64,000 nt of DNA from an uncultured bacterium (GTDB lineage Bacteria; Cyanobacteriota; Vampirovibrionia; Gastranaerophilales; Gastranaerophilaceae): the NCBI GenBank assembly GCA_900550295.1, contig URRM01000001.1, positions 3,817 to 67,816 on the forward strand, read 5' to 3'. Positions 40,729 to 50,069 of this stretch are shown piece by piece. A program made the translations under genes and the position numbers. Below the pieces are notes generated by a model, which had not been told where the DNA came from, ran no database searches, and saw nothing but the letters and a program-made list of their open reading frames with translations. The number at the start of each line of letters is the position of its first letter. The first letter of the stretch is position 1.

Positions 40729-41612
40729 TCAATATCCTTCTCAATTTGAGCCTTTAACTCTGCCAAAGATTGAAATTTCTTCTCATTTCTTATTTTAACT
40801 AAAAAACTTACTTTTACCAATTCTCCATAAATATCTTGGTTAAAATCAATAATATGAACCTCTAATAACTTTTGAGAGTCGTCTGTAACTGTTGGATTTG
40901 AACCAAAATTTGCAATCCCCATATATTTTTTACCTAAAACTTCTACCTCAACAGCATAAACACCGTCCGGTATATTTATCATTTTTTCAGGCATTTTTAA
41001 ATTTGCAGTTTTAAATCCAATCGTACGACCTATTTGTCTACCTTTAATTACTTCATTTTTAACATAAAATCTATAACCCAGCATTGAATTGGCTTTTGGA
41101 ATATCACCATTTGATAATGCTTTTCGTATTGCAGTTGAACTTATAACATCTTCATTTAATTTTATTGGATTAATTTCTTTAAATTCGTATCCATACTCTT
41201 GCTGCATCAATCTTAAATAGTCCACACCGCCGGATTTGTTATAGCCAAAATAGTGATTAAATCCGGTTGCAATCATTTTTGGATGTAAATCATCAACCAA
41301 ATTTTTTAAATAATCTGAAGCTGTTTGTTTTGCTAAATCTTCCGTAAAATCAGAAAGATACAAATAATCCACACCCAGCTTTTTTATCGCTTTAATTTTC
41401 TCTTCAAGAGTAATTATATAATTTGGTTTTACATTATTCAATGCAACATATGGAGATTGGCGAAAAGTTACAACCGCAGATTTTATGTTGTTTTTCTTGG
41501 CATAATCAACAGCAGCGTTAATTACAGCTTTATGACCTAAATGAACGCCATCAAAAAAACCCAGGGCAATCGCCAAATTTTCGTTACTTTTTAACTTGTT
41601 TAAAATCTCCAT
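40716..41612 (-). CDS. ribF: Bifunctional riboflavin kinase / FMN adenylyltransferase
   Basis: N-terminal FAD synthetase motif GFFDGVHLGH, C-terminal riboflavin kinase domain. 298 aa. Confidence 0.9.
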   Translation of the reverse strand: MEILNKLKSNENLAIALGFFDGVHLGHKAVINAAVDYAKKNNIKSAVVTFRQSPYVALNNVKPNYIITLEEKIKAIKKLGVDYLYLSDFTEDLAKQTASDYLKNLVDDLHPKMIATGFNHYFGYNKSGGVDYLRLMQQEYGYEFKEINPIKLNEDVISSTAIRKALSNGDIPKANSMLGYRFYVKNEVIKGRQIGRTIGFKTANLKMPEKMINIPDGVYAVEVEVLGKKYMGIANFGSNPTVTDDSQKLLEVHIIDFNQDIYGELVKVSFLVKIRNEKKFQSLAELKAQIEKDIECLE

Positions 41613-41695
41613 AGAAACATTATATTATAAAATTAATTCAAATATTGTCATGAAAAAATTTTTTTCATGATAAAATTATTTCAAGGAACAAACTC

Positions 41696-43942
41696 ATGAG
41701 AATATTCGAGGTTAAAAATAACCTGGTAAAAATTTTTTATGAAACAAGTGACAACTTGTTCTTATCCGGATTTGTAATGATTAAGGATAGCAGAGAATCT
41801 TACATTGGTCAGATTATGCACCTGGAATCAAGCAAACACGGTAATGTTGCTATTGCCAAAATTATTTTTAACATCACAGAAGAAGGCGTTATCACTACAT
41901 ATTCGGGCTCAATTCCTGCAATAAATAGTGCTATTTCTAACATCAATTCCGTTGATTTCCTTAAACTTATACAAGGTCAAACCCCAATTTTAATAGGTGA
42001 ATTCATAGATAACGATATTTTGGTTTCACTTGATAAAAGTTTTCTTGAAAATAAATTAGTTATTTGTTCCGAAAATCAAGAAAACTCTGATTTAATGATT
42101 AAAACATTAAATCAACAAATTAAAAATTACAGCAAAAAGACTGTCATCATTGATACTGACGGGGAAAGCATTTTTGATAAAAATACTTTCATAATGGGTG
42201 AAAATTTTCGTCTTCCGATAAACAATCAGTTAATCAACTTTATTTATGAAAACGGATTAGATTTTAAAAGCGCACGAAGCAAAGCTATTTTGCAAGAAAC
42301 TTTTTTAGAAATTCAATATTACTTGTCAAGCCTAGAAGAGCCTTATATTCCAGTTAAAAAGTTTATTGATATTCTTGAAAAACAATACGAAAATTCAAAA
42401 CTTCCTGAGCTCGTACTACTTAAAAATGCTCTGGTAAGATTTGATGAAGCCGGTATTTTTGCAAGAAATTTACTTGAATACAAAAATGTTTTTGAATCAT
42501 TACTTCAAAACCAAACAACAGTTATAAACATTGCAAATGTCGATGAATCAATCCAAAGGGAAACTATATCTTACATCTACAATGTTCTTTCAGGTTTTTC
42601 AGAAGATTTTTATGTATTTGTAAAATTAAACAATGCAAATTCAGACAAAAAATTATTAAAACAAATATTCTCAAACTCAAATATATACTCAATTACGAAT
42701 TGTTCCTATTCGTACAAATACTTAACAGAATTAAAGAAAATTTCAAAAGACTTAATTCTGTTTACCCCTTTGTTGCAACAGCAAGATTTTGCAAGCTACA
42801 ACACTTTCTTGACAACTTTAGGAAGAACAGAATTTGTGGTTTACGGTAAAGCAACACAATATATGCCGTTGATAATTAAATTATCGGAAAAAGCTCGTAT
42901 TACAAGAACTGCACCACACGTATCAATGTCACAAGAAGATGCGCAAAGAATGGTTCAAAACCAATTAAAAGAACAACAACGACGTTATGAAGCTGAAAAG
43001 GTTCAGCAAGAAGCCTACAATCAGCAACAACAAATGACTCAACAAATGTTCCAACAACAAATGGCACAGATGGTTTATCCGCAAATGTACCCACAACAAC
43101 CGCAGATATTCTATCCGCAACAACCGCCAATTTTCCCTCAACCGCAAATGTTTGCACAACCTATGTATAATCAACCATATATGCAGCCATATCCTCAAAT
43201 GCAACAACCATATATGGCACAACCTTTTATGCAAAATCCACAGCAACCTTTTGCAACACAACCGATTCAACCAGCACAATCGCAAACTTCACAAACTCCT
43301 CATCCACAACAAAATGTTCCTCAACAACAAGCACCTAGTGAAGTTGCACCACAAATTTTCAAATCTATAGAACCCCAAGAAATGCCTGTTGAAAATCCAT
43401 CTCTGGATGTACACTCAACTCAAAATTCAAACATTATAAATGTTGATGATCCTTCTACACAACTTACTGAAGAAGATTTAGATCAAATTCAAGATGTTGA
43501 TATATATGAAGATTCATCAATGCAAGAAAAAACCCCTGAAATCATTGAAGAAAATCCGTTTGAACCTCTAGAACATGAAATTCAAACAGAAGAAGATGAT
43601 TCTTATTTAGACGAAATTCAACCGGATGAAAACGATATTATTGAGGAAGAAGTTTCTGATCCTGAAACAGAAGAACCTCAAGATATAAAAACAAAATATA
43701 ACATTACAGAAGAAGATTTAAAAGAAAAAGAAGTTGTTCCTATATACCCTGCAAATACCGGCTCTAACAATATCAATGTCGAATACAACAAGGGTGACGT
43801 TGTAGTTCACAAAGAATTTGGAACTGGTCGTGTAGAAAAAATTATTAACTATGGCAGCAAAAAACTTTGTTCTGTATATTTTGAAGGATTAGGCAGAAGA
43901 CTTCTTGATCCAACACTTTCAGAATTAAAAAAGGCTAATTAA
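41696..43942 (+). CDS. Large hypothetical protein: about 410-aa N-terminal globular region, Gln/Pro-rich prion-like linker, acidic segment, C-terminal UvrD/PcrA-CTD-like Tudor domain
   Basis: C-terminus KGDVVVHKEFGTGRVEKIINYGSKKLCSVYFEGLGRRLLDPTLSELKKA parallels the UvrD C-terminus GQRVRHAKFGEGTIVNMEGSGEHSRLQVAFQGQGIKWLVAAYARLE. Residues about 430-560 are Q/P/M/Y low complexity (QQQMTQQMFQQQMAQMVYPQMYPQQPQIFYPQQPPIFPQPQMF...). No Walker A motif in the N-terminal region. Confidence 0.55.
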   Translation: MRIFEVKNNLVKIFYETSDNLFLSGFVMIKDSRESYIGQIMHLESSKHGNVAIAKIIFNITEEGVITTYSGSIPAINSAISNINSVDFLKLIQGQTPILIGEFIDNDILVSLDKSFLENKLVICSENQENSDLMIKTLNQQIKNYSKKTVIIDTDGESIFDKNTFIMGENFRLPINNQLINFIYENGLDFKSARSKAILQETFLEIQYYLSSLEEPYIPVKKFIDILEKQYENSKLPELVLLKNALVRFDEAGIFARNLLEYKNVFESLLQNQTTVINIANVDESIQRETISYIYNVLSGFSEDFYVFVKLNNANSDKKLLKQIFSNSNIYSITNCSYSYKYLTELKKISKDLILFTPLLQQQDFASYNTFLTTLGRTEFVVYGKATQYMPLIIKLSEKARITRTAPHVSMSQEDAQRMVQNQLKEQQRRYEAEKVQQEAYNQQQQMTQQMFQQQMAQMVYPQMYPQQPQIFYPQQPPIFPQPQMFAQPMYNQPYMQPYPQMQQPYMAQPFMQNPQQPFATQPIQPAQSQTSQTPHPQQNVPQQQAPSEVAPQIFKSIEPQEMPVENPSLDVHSTQNSNIINVDDPSTQLTEEDLDQIQDVDIYEDSSMQEKTPEIIEENPFEPLEHEIQTEEDDSYLDEIQPDENDIIEEEVSDPETEEPQDIKTKYNITEEDLKEKEVVPIYPANTGSNNINVEYNKGDVVVHKEFGTGRVEKIINYGSKKLCSVYFEGLGRRLLDPTLSELKKAN

Positions 43943-43947
43943 TATAA

Positions 43948-44568
43948 ATGAAAAATACTACTAATAACAAAACCAAATATAAAAAATTAGCACAGTTCAT
44001 TGAACTTTTTATTTGGTTTTTATTATTAGTTTGCATTGTTGGAATTGGCATAGTTACAAAACATAATTACAATCAATATAAAACATATAAAATATTCTTA
44101 CAAGATGTTGACGGTATTATTAAAGGCTCACCTGTAAGAATGATGGGTATTCACATTGGGTATGTCAGAAAAGTTAAAATCATTAATGATATGGTTTTTG
44201 TTGATTTTATAATTAATCAAAAGGGTATTGATATTCCAAAAGGCTCAATGGTAACAGTTGAATTTACAGGTCTTGGTGGTTCAAAATCTATAGAAATTTA
44301 CACACCAAAAGATAAAGTTCCTGAAGGAACTCAGACTTTTGAAATTCAACAACCACGCAGAATTGGAGCAGCTTTGAGTTTATTAGACTCTATGTTAGAA
44401 AAAATTTCAGCAATTATGTTCCAATGCACAAGCTTTACAGATTCTATAAACAGAGCCTTCTCTCATTCTGAAAAGACAAATGTAGAAAAACCTGTTGGAG
44501 ATATCCTTAATGATACAGATAAATGGTTGGATGACAAACAAAAGAAAATAGATAATATAAAGAACTAA
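43948..44568 (+). CDS. MCE/MlaD-domain membrane protein
   Basis: N-terminal TM helix, then MCE signature IKGSPVRMMGIHIGYVRKVKIIND..VDFIINQKGIDIPKGSMVTVEFTGLGGSKSIEI. 6-nt gap from the upstream gene. Confidence 0.65.
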   Translation: MKNTTNNKTKYKKLAQFIELFIWFLLLVCIVGIGIVTKHNYNQYKTYKIFLQDVDGIIKGSPVRMMGIHIGYVRKVKIINDMVFVDFIINQKGIDIPKGSMVTVEFTGLGGSKSIEIYTPKDKVPEGTQTFEIQQPRRIGAALSLLDSMLEKISAIMFQCTSFTDSINRAFSHSEKTNVEKPVGDILNDTDKWLDDKQKKIDNIKN

Positions 44569-44599
44569 GATATTATAATAGAAAAAGAGGTATGAATAA

Positions 44600-45250
44600 A
44601 TGAACAAAGATTTAGTAAGAATTATTGAAAATCCAGTAATATTTCAAAATTTATGTACAATGCGTGACAAACGCACTGACAGCCAAGGCGTAAGACTTGC
44701 TACAAGAAAAATTACACGTGTACTTTTGTATGAAGCTGCTAAAAATTTACCATTAGTAGAAAAAGAAATTGAAACTCCAATTAAAACAACAACATTCAAA
44801 ACTATTAAAGAAGATATAAATATCATTATTTCGCCAATTTTAAGAGCTGGTCTAATCTTCACAGATGAAGCAATTGATATTTTACCGCAAGCTTGCATCC
44901 GTCATATCGGTATGTATAGAGATGAAAAAACATTAAAACCTGTTTGGTATTACAATAAAGTACCTATGGAAGCTCCAAATCCGGAAAACTTTTACATCTA
45001 CATTACAGATCCAATGCTTGCAACAGGCAACTCTTTGCTTGAAGCAATCAGACTTTATGCAGATAAGAAAATCCCTATGTCTAACATCAAATGTATTTGT
45101 ATTATGGCAGCACCGGAAGGTATTGAAAATATTCAAAGAGAATTCCCTGAAGTTGAAATTATTACAGCAGCAGTTGACGAAGGCATAAACGAAAAAGGCT
45201 ACATTGTACCAGGAATGGGCGATGCAGGTGATAGAATTTTCAATACTTAA
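44600..45250 (+). CDS. upp: Uracil phosphoribosyltransferase
   Basis: PRPP-binding IYITDPMLATGNS and C-terminal GMGDAGDRIFNT. 216 aa. Confidence 0.9.
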   Translation: MNKDLVRIIENPVIFQNLCTMRDKRTDSQGVRLATRKITRVLLYEAAKNLPLVEKEIETPIKTTTFKTIKEDINIIISPILRAGLIFTDEAIDILPQACIRHIGMYRDEKTLKPVWYYNKVPMEAPNPENFYIYITDPMLATGNSLLEAIRLYADKKIPMSNIKCICIMAAPEGIENIQREFPEVEIITAAVDEGINEKGYIVPGMGDAGDRIFNT

Positions 45251-45336
45251 TATATCTACAAAAACATAGCTAAAAAAGTGTAAATTCCTTATGTATCAAA
45301 TATAATATTGTACATAGAGGAAGGATTTAGTTTTCT

Positions 45337-46884
45337 TTGAAAAAGATTGTACAAATATTATCGATATTTTTTGTTTTATTTGCATTATGCAATTGTGTAT
45401 ATGCAATAGAAGATGTGCAAAAAAATAAGAACAAAGAAGTTGTATTAAAAAAAGAAGTTAAAGAAAACGCACCAAAAGATGATTTATCCAGAATGGAAGC
45501 AAACGTTGAAATTCAAGATGGTGCAGTTTTGTCATTAGAAGATTGTATAAGAATTGCTTTAACCAACAGTCCTTCTGTAAAAAAATATAAAAACTTGGTT
45601 AAACACGCAAACGCTATTTTAGGACAATCAAAAGCTTCTTACTTTCCATCGCTAAGCTTAGGCACAGGTTATTACGGAAAATTCAATAATAACGATGGAA
45701 ATTCAACAAGTGATAACTCTTATGGTTTAAACGCATCTTTAAGTCAATTAATATTTAGTTTTGGTAAAGTTGGAACAAAAATCAAAAAAGCAAAATTGAA
45801 CAAAATTGCGGCAGATTTTGATTTGAACTATGAAATAATCAGAACTATCTTTAATGTAAAAACTAATTATTATGCCGTTTTAGCAGCCACTGCTAATATG
45901 AAAGTTCAAGAGGCAAACATTTCTGTCAACGAACGTCAATATCAACAAACAAAGGCTTATTTTGAAGAAGGTTTGAAATCAAAAATTGACTTGGTTAACG
46001 CAGAAGTTTACTTGAGTGATGCAAAAATTAACTACGTAACTGCACAAAACACTTATGATGCAGCAGTTATTGCATTAAACAACTCAATGTACATTCAAAG
46101 TTCACCAAAATATTCAATTGAAAAACTTGAATCATTTAATTTTGCAAACAAATATGCAGAAGTTACACTTAAGAACTTTGACCAAGATTTAGTTAAAAAA
46201 TTTAAAGCCCCTGACCTTGCTGAAGGTGCAAGTTATCAAACAAGCGTACAGAAAAATGAATTAATTGATATTAATTATAAAGTTGAAAAATTCCCTTACA
46301 CATTGAATGAATCTATTGCTTTGGCAAAAGAAAATCGTCCCGATTTGCATTCATACGTTGCAGTAAGAGATGCCTTAAAACAAGAATTAAAATATCAAAG
46401 AATTCAATATTTACCTGACTTAAAAGCAAAGGGTACTTATGGACTTAATGCTGCAAGCACGATGTCAAATTCATTCCAAGTTACAGGAACCTTGGATTTT
46501 GCCTCAATTAACGCAATGGATATCAAATACAAAATCGAAGAAGCAAAAGCAAACTTGGATGTAGCAGATAATGCTATTGACAAAATGGAAAAAGATATTT
46601 ACTTTAGCGTACAAACAGCTTATGTAAATATGGTTCAATTAGAAAAGAAAATTCCATTAACAGAAGTTTCAGTAAAACAAACATTTGAAAATTTAGAACT
46701 TGCAATGGGCAGATATGAAGTTGGTTTAGGCAACTTCTTAGAAGTTCAAGATGCAATTGTAAATTATAATAAAGCTCAAGAAAGCTATGTTAAATTAATC
46801 TTTGATTACAACGTAGCAAGAGCAAAAGTTGAATTAGAAATCGCAAAACTTGATAAACCTCAAGAACAAAAGGACAATAAATAG
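45337..46884 (+). CDS. TolC-like outer membrane efflux protein
   Basis: TTG start and signal peptide MKKIVQILSIFFVLFALCNCVYA. Two OEP-type repeat halves rich in coiled coil. First gene of the efflux operon. Confidence 0.7.
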   Translation: MKKIVQILSIFFVLFALCNCVYAIEDVQKNKNKEVVLKKEVKENAPKDDLSRMEANVEIQDGAVLSLEDCIRIALTNSPSVKKYKNLVKHANAILGQSKASYFPSLSLGTGYYGKFNNNDGNSTSDNSYGLNASLSQLIFSFGKVGTKIKKAKLNKIAADFDLNYEIIRTIFNVKTNYYAVLAATANMKVQEANISVNERQYQQTKAYFEEGLKSKIDLVNAEVYLSDAKINYVTAQNTYDAAVIALNNSMYIQSSPKYSIEKLESFNFANKYAEVTLKNFDQDLVKKFKAPDLAEGASYQTSVQKNELIDINYKVEKFPYTLNESIALAKENRPDLHSYVAVRDALKQELKYQRIQYLPDLKAKGTYGLNAASTMSNSFQVTGTLDFASINAMDIKYKIEEAKANLDVADNAIDKMEKDIYFSVQTAYVNMVQLEKKIPLTEVSVKQTFENLELAMGRYEVGLGNFLEVQDAIVNYNKAQESYVKLIFDYNVARAKVELEIAKLDKPQEQKDNK

Positions 46885-48009
46885 ATGAACAAGAAAAAAA
46901 TCGCTATTGTAGCATTAATCGTAGTTGTCGTATTACTTGTTGCAATAAAAGTTATAGCAGGAAAAGCTCACAAATATAAAACTGAAAAAGCAGAAAAACA
47001 TACAATTCAACAAATTGTAGAAGCTTCTGGAACTGTAAATCCTGTAAATACAGTCAGCGTAGGTTCAACTGTATCAGGTTTGATGAAGGAGGTTTATGTT
47101 GATTTCAACTCTAAAGTTAAAGCTGGTCAATTAATCGCATTAATGGATACTAGTTTACTTCAAGCAAATGTTGATAAAGCAAGAAGTAACTATGACAAAC
47201 AAAAAGCGATTACAGATAACAGTTTAAAAACTTACAACAGATACAAAAATCTTGTTGCAAGAAACTTTATGGCAAGAAGTGAATTAGACCAAGCACAAGC
47301 TGATTATTTATCAAATAAAGCTCTTTTAAACGCAGCAAAAGCGGATTTAGAATACGCAGAACGTCAATGCTCATTCGCATACATCTATTCACCTGTTGAT
47401 GGTATTATTGTTACACGTAATGTTGATCCCGGACAACCGGTTGCGGCAAGTTTCCAAGCACCTGAATTATTCACAGTTGCAAGAGATTTAAAAGAAATGC
47501 AAATTGAAGTTAACGTTTCAGAAGCAGATATTGGTAAAATTAAAGAAGGTCAAGAAGTTGACTACACACTTGACGGATATCAAGATGAAATATTTAAAGG
47601 TCGAGTTTCACAAGTTAGAATTTCGCCAACAACTGTTTCAAATGTTGTAACATACACAGTTGTAGTAAAAGTTGATAACGACGACTTAAAGCTTAAACCC
47701 GGTATGACAGCAAATGTTTCTATCATCACTCAAAAGAAAGAAAATGTTCTTTGCGTTCCATCAATTGCTTTGAAATATACACCTACAACAAAAGGTGAAA
47801 TCAAACGTTATGACACACAAGGAATTTGGGTATTAAGAGGCTCAAAACCTGTAAGAGAAACTGTTGAAATAGGTGCAAGTGACGATACTTATACAGAAAT
47901 TACATCAGGAAATATTCAAGAAGGTGACAGAATCATTGTTAGCAGTGATGGAAAGTCTTCAAAACAAGACAGCAAAGATAATAGAAAACCACCAATGAGA
48001 ATGTTTTAA
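46885..48009 (+). CDS. macA: Periplasmic adaptor subunit (HlyD/MacA family)
   Basis: N-terminal TM anchor, biotinyl-lipoyl and coiled-coil hairpin regions, beta-barrel C-terminus. Abuts tolC-like and macB. Confidence 0.75.
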   Translation: MNKKKIAIVALIVVVVLLVAIKVIAGKAHKYKTEKAEKHTIQQIVEASGTVNPVNTVSVGSTVSGLMKEVYVDFNSKVKAGQLIALMDTSLLQANVDKARSNYDKQKAITDNSLKTYNRYKNLVARNFMARSELDQAQADYLSNKALLNAAKADLEYAERQCSFAYIYSPVDGIIVTRNVDPGQPVAASFQAPELFTVARDLKEMQIEVNVSEADIGKIKEGQEVDYTLDGYQDEIFKGRVSQVRISPTTVSNVVTYTVVVKVDNDDLKLKPGMTANVSIITQKKENVLCVPSIALKYTPTTKGEIKRYDTQGIWVLRGSKPVRETVEIGASDDTYTEITSGNIQEGDRIIVSSDGKSSKQDSKDNRKPPMRMF

Positions 48010-48011
48010 AA

Positions 48012-48701
48012 ATGGCACTTATTGAAGTTAAAAATATAATAAAAACATACGCAACAGGCGATAGCTCATTCAATGCCTTAAATAATGTTTCATTGAGCAT
48101 TGAAAAAGGTGAGTTTGTCGCAATTATGGGTGCCTCAGGTTCCGGTAAATCAACCTTTATGAACATGTTAGGAACTTTGGATAAACCAAATTCCGGAAGT
48201 TATTATCTTGATGGAATTGATGTTTTAAGCCTAGATAGTGAAAGCCTTTCTGAAATTAGAAACATCAAATTAGGTTTTGTATTTCAAGGATTTAACCTAA
48301 TTTCAAGAACAACAGCCCTTGAAAATGTTGAATTACCTATGATTTATAAAGGTGTCAACAAAGAAACAAGAATAAAAAAAGCAAAAGAAGCTTTAAAAAT
48401 TGTAGGTTTAGAAAAGCGTGAAGACCACATGCCTAATCAAATGTCCGGCGGTCAGCAACAACGTGTTGCAATTGCAAGGGCAATAGTAAATGATGCACCT
48501 ATCATCCTTGCCGACGAACCTACAGGTAACTTGGATACTAAAACAAGTATTGAAGTAATGAATTTTTTCTGCGAATTAAACGAAAAACACGGAAAAACTA
48601 TTGTTTTGGTAACTCACGAACCTGATATTGCTGAATTTTGCAAACGTGTAGTAAGATTTAAAGACGGAAACATAGTTTCTGATGAGGTGAAACGCAAATG
48701 A
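48012..48701 (+). CDS. macB: MacB-type ABC transporter ATP-binding protein
   Basis: Walker A GASGSGKST, ABC signature LSGGQQQRVAIARA, Walker B ILADEPTGNLD. Confidence 0.9.
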   Translation: MALIEVKNIIKTYATGDSSFNALNNVSLSIEKGEFVAIMGASGSGKSTFMNMLGTLDKPNSGSYYLDGIDVLSLDSESLSEIRNIKLGFVFQGFNLISRTTALENVELPMIYKGVNKETRIKKAKEALKIVGLEKREDHMPNQMSGGQQQRVAIARAIVNDAPIILADEPTGNLDTKTSIEVMNFFCELNEKHGKTIVLVTHEPDIAEFCKRVVRFKDGNIVSDEVKRK

Positions 48702-49927
48702 TAGATTTAAAAACCACCTTAAATATTGCCATTCGTTCACTAAAAATAAATAAAATGCGTTCTGCATTAACAAGCTTAGGTATCATTATCGGTGTTTGCG
48801 CAGTAATTGTAATGCTTGCCGTTGGTACAGGTTCAAGAGAAAAAATTGCAAAAGATATGGAGTCTATGGGCAGTAATTTGCTTATGGTTCGCTCAGCATC
48901 TGCTAAAAGCGGTGGCGTTCGTATGGGTATGGGTACTCGCCCAACACTTACTCTTAAAGATGCCGAAGCTATTGAAAGTAAAGCCAGAGGTGTTCTTGCA
49001 ATTGCCCCATATTCAGCAGAAGCTAAACAATTAACGTTTGGTAATCAAAACTGGTCAACTTCAGTTGGCGGTACAACAGCACCGTATTTGTTTATCAGAA
49101 ATTACGAAATTGAATCAGGAAGAAACTTCATTCCAGAGGATATAAAAAACAATACAAAAGTTGCAATTTTAGGTCAAACAGTTGCCAATGAACTTTTTGG
49201 AGATATGGATCCAATTAACAAAACTATTCGTATTGGAGGAATTCCATTTAAAGTTGTTGGATTATTAAAAACAAAAGGTCAATCAGGAATGGGGCAAGAC
49301 CAAGACGATTTGGTGTTTATTCCTATTACAACAGCACAAAAGAAAGTATTTGGAACCTCTTTTCCTGGAACCGTTTCAATAATTTCTGTAAAAGCTCAGA
49401 ATGACCAAATCATAGAAACGACTCAAAAAGACATTGAAGAAATTTTAAAATACAGACATCATATTGGTAAAACACAAAACAACGATTTTGAAATAAGAAA
49501 CCTTGCTCAAATGCAAGAAACTATCAAATCTTCCGCTAGAACAATGTCGTTATTTTTATTCGTAATAGCTTTTGTTTCCCTTCTTGTAGGCGGTATCGGT
49601 ATTATGAATATTATGCTTGTATCTGTTACGGAAAGAACAAAAGAAATCGGTATAAGAATGGCAATCGGAGCAAAAGCAAGAGATATTCGAATTCAATTCT
49701 TAATTGAATCATTCTTACTTTCAATTTTTGGAGGCATAATAGGTGTTCTGCTAGGATGTGTCATCTCCGGAATTATCGGTCTGATTGGAGCAATGCAGGT
49801 CTCAGTTTCAGCATTTTCAATCATCTTATCTTTAGGTTTTTCAGGAATTGTTGGTGTTGGTTTCGGTTATTATCCTGCCTACAAAGCCTCTCTGTTAAAC
49901 CCTATTGATGCATTAAGATACGAATAA
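48698..49927 (+). CDS. MacB-type ABC transporter permease (FtsX-like, MacB periplasmic domain)
   Basis: N-terminal TM, about 200-aa periplasmic domain, C-terminal FtsX-type 3-TM bundle. Overlaps the ATPase gene by 4 nt. Confidence 0.85.
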   Translation: MIDLKTTLNIAIRSLKINKMRSALTSLGIIIGVCAVIVMLAVGTGSREKIAKDMESMGSNLLMVRSASAKSGGVRMGMGTRPTLTLKDAEAIESKARGVLAIAPYSAEAKQLTFGNQNWSTSVGGTTAPYLFIRNYEIESGRNFIPEDIKNNTKVAILGQTVANELFGDMDPINKTIRIGGIPFKVVGLLKTKGQSGMGQDQDDLVFIPITTAQKKVFGTSFPGTVSIISVKAQNDQIIETTQKDIEEILKYRHHIGKTQNNDFEIRNLAQMQETIKSSARTMSLFLFVIAFVSLLVGGIGIMNIMLVSVTERTKEIGIRMAIGAKARDIRIQFLIESFLLSIFGGIIGVLLGCVISGIIGLIGAMQVSVSAFSIILSLGFSGIVGVGFGYYPAYKASLLNPIDALRYE

Positions 49928-50008
49928 TAAAAAATAAGTCCCACAAATGCGGGACGTAGATTGAGCAATCAAAAGAGTTGAGGATTTACAACTCTATGAT
50001 AAACTATT

Positions 50009-50047
50009 AAGGCGGTCATTTCATTAGATGAAATGACCGCCTTTTAA
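50009..50047. terminator. Bidirectional rho-independent terminator between the convergent macB permease and the 5'-nucleotidase gene
   Basis: 13-bp stem GGCGGTCATTTCA-TTAGA-TGAAATGACCGCC flanked by TTAA-rich and TTTTAAAAA runs. Confidence 0.8.
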
Positions 50048-50069
50048 AAATAATTATACTACTTTAAGA

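Noticed and set aside
42900-43400. Repetitive CAA/CCG-rich nucleotide stretch, considered as a possible CRISPR array or tandem repeat
   Set aside because: It is the coding sequence of the Gln/Pro-rich linker. There are no regular direct repeats with unique spacers and no cas genes.
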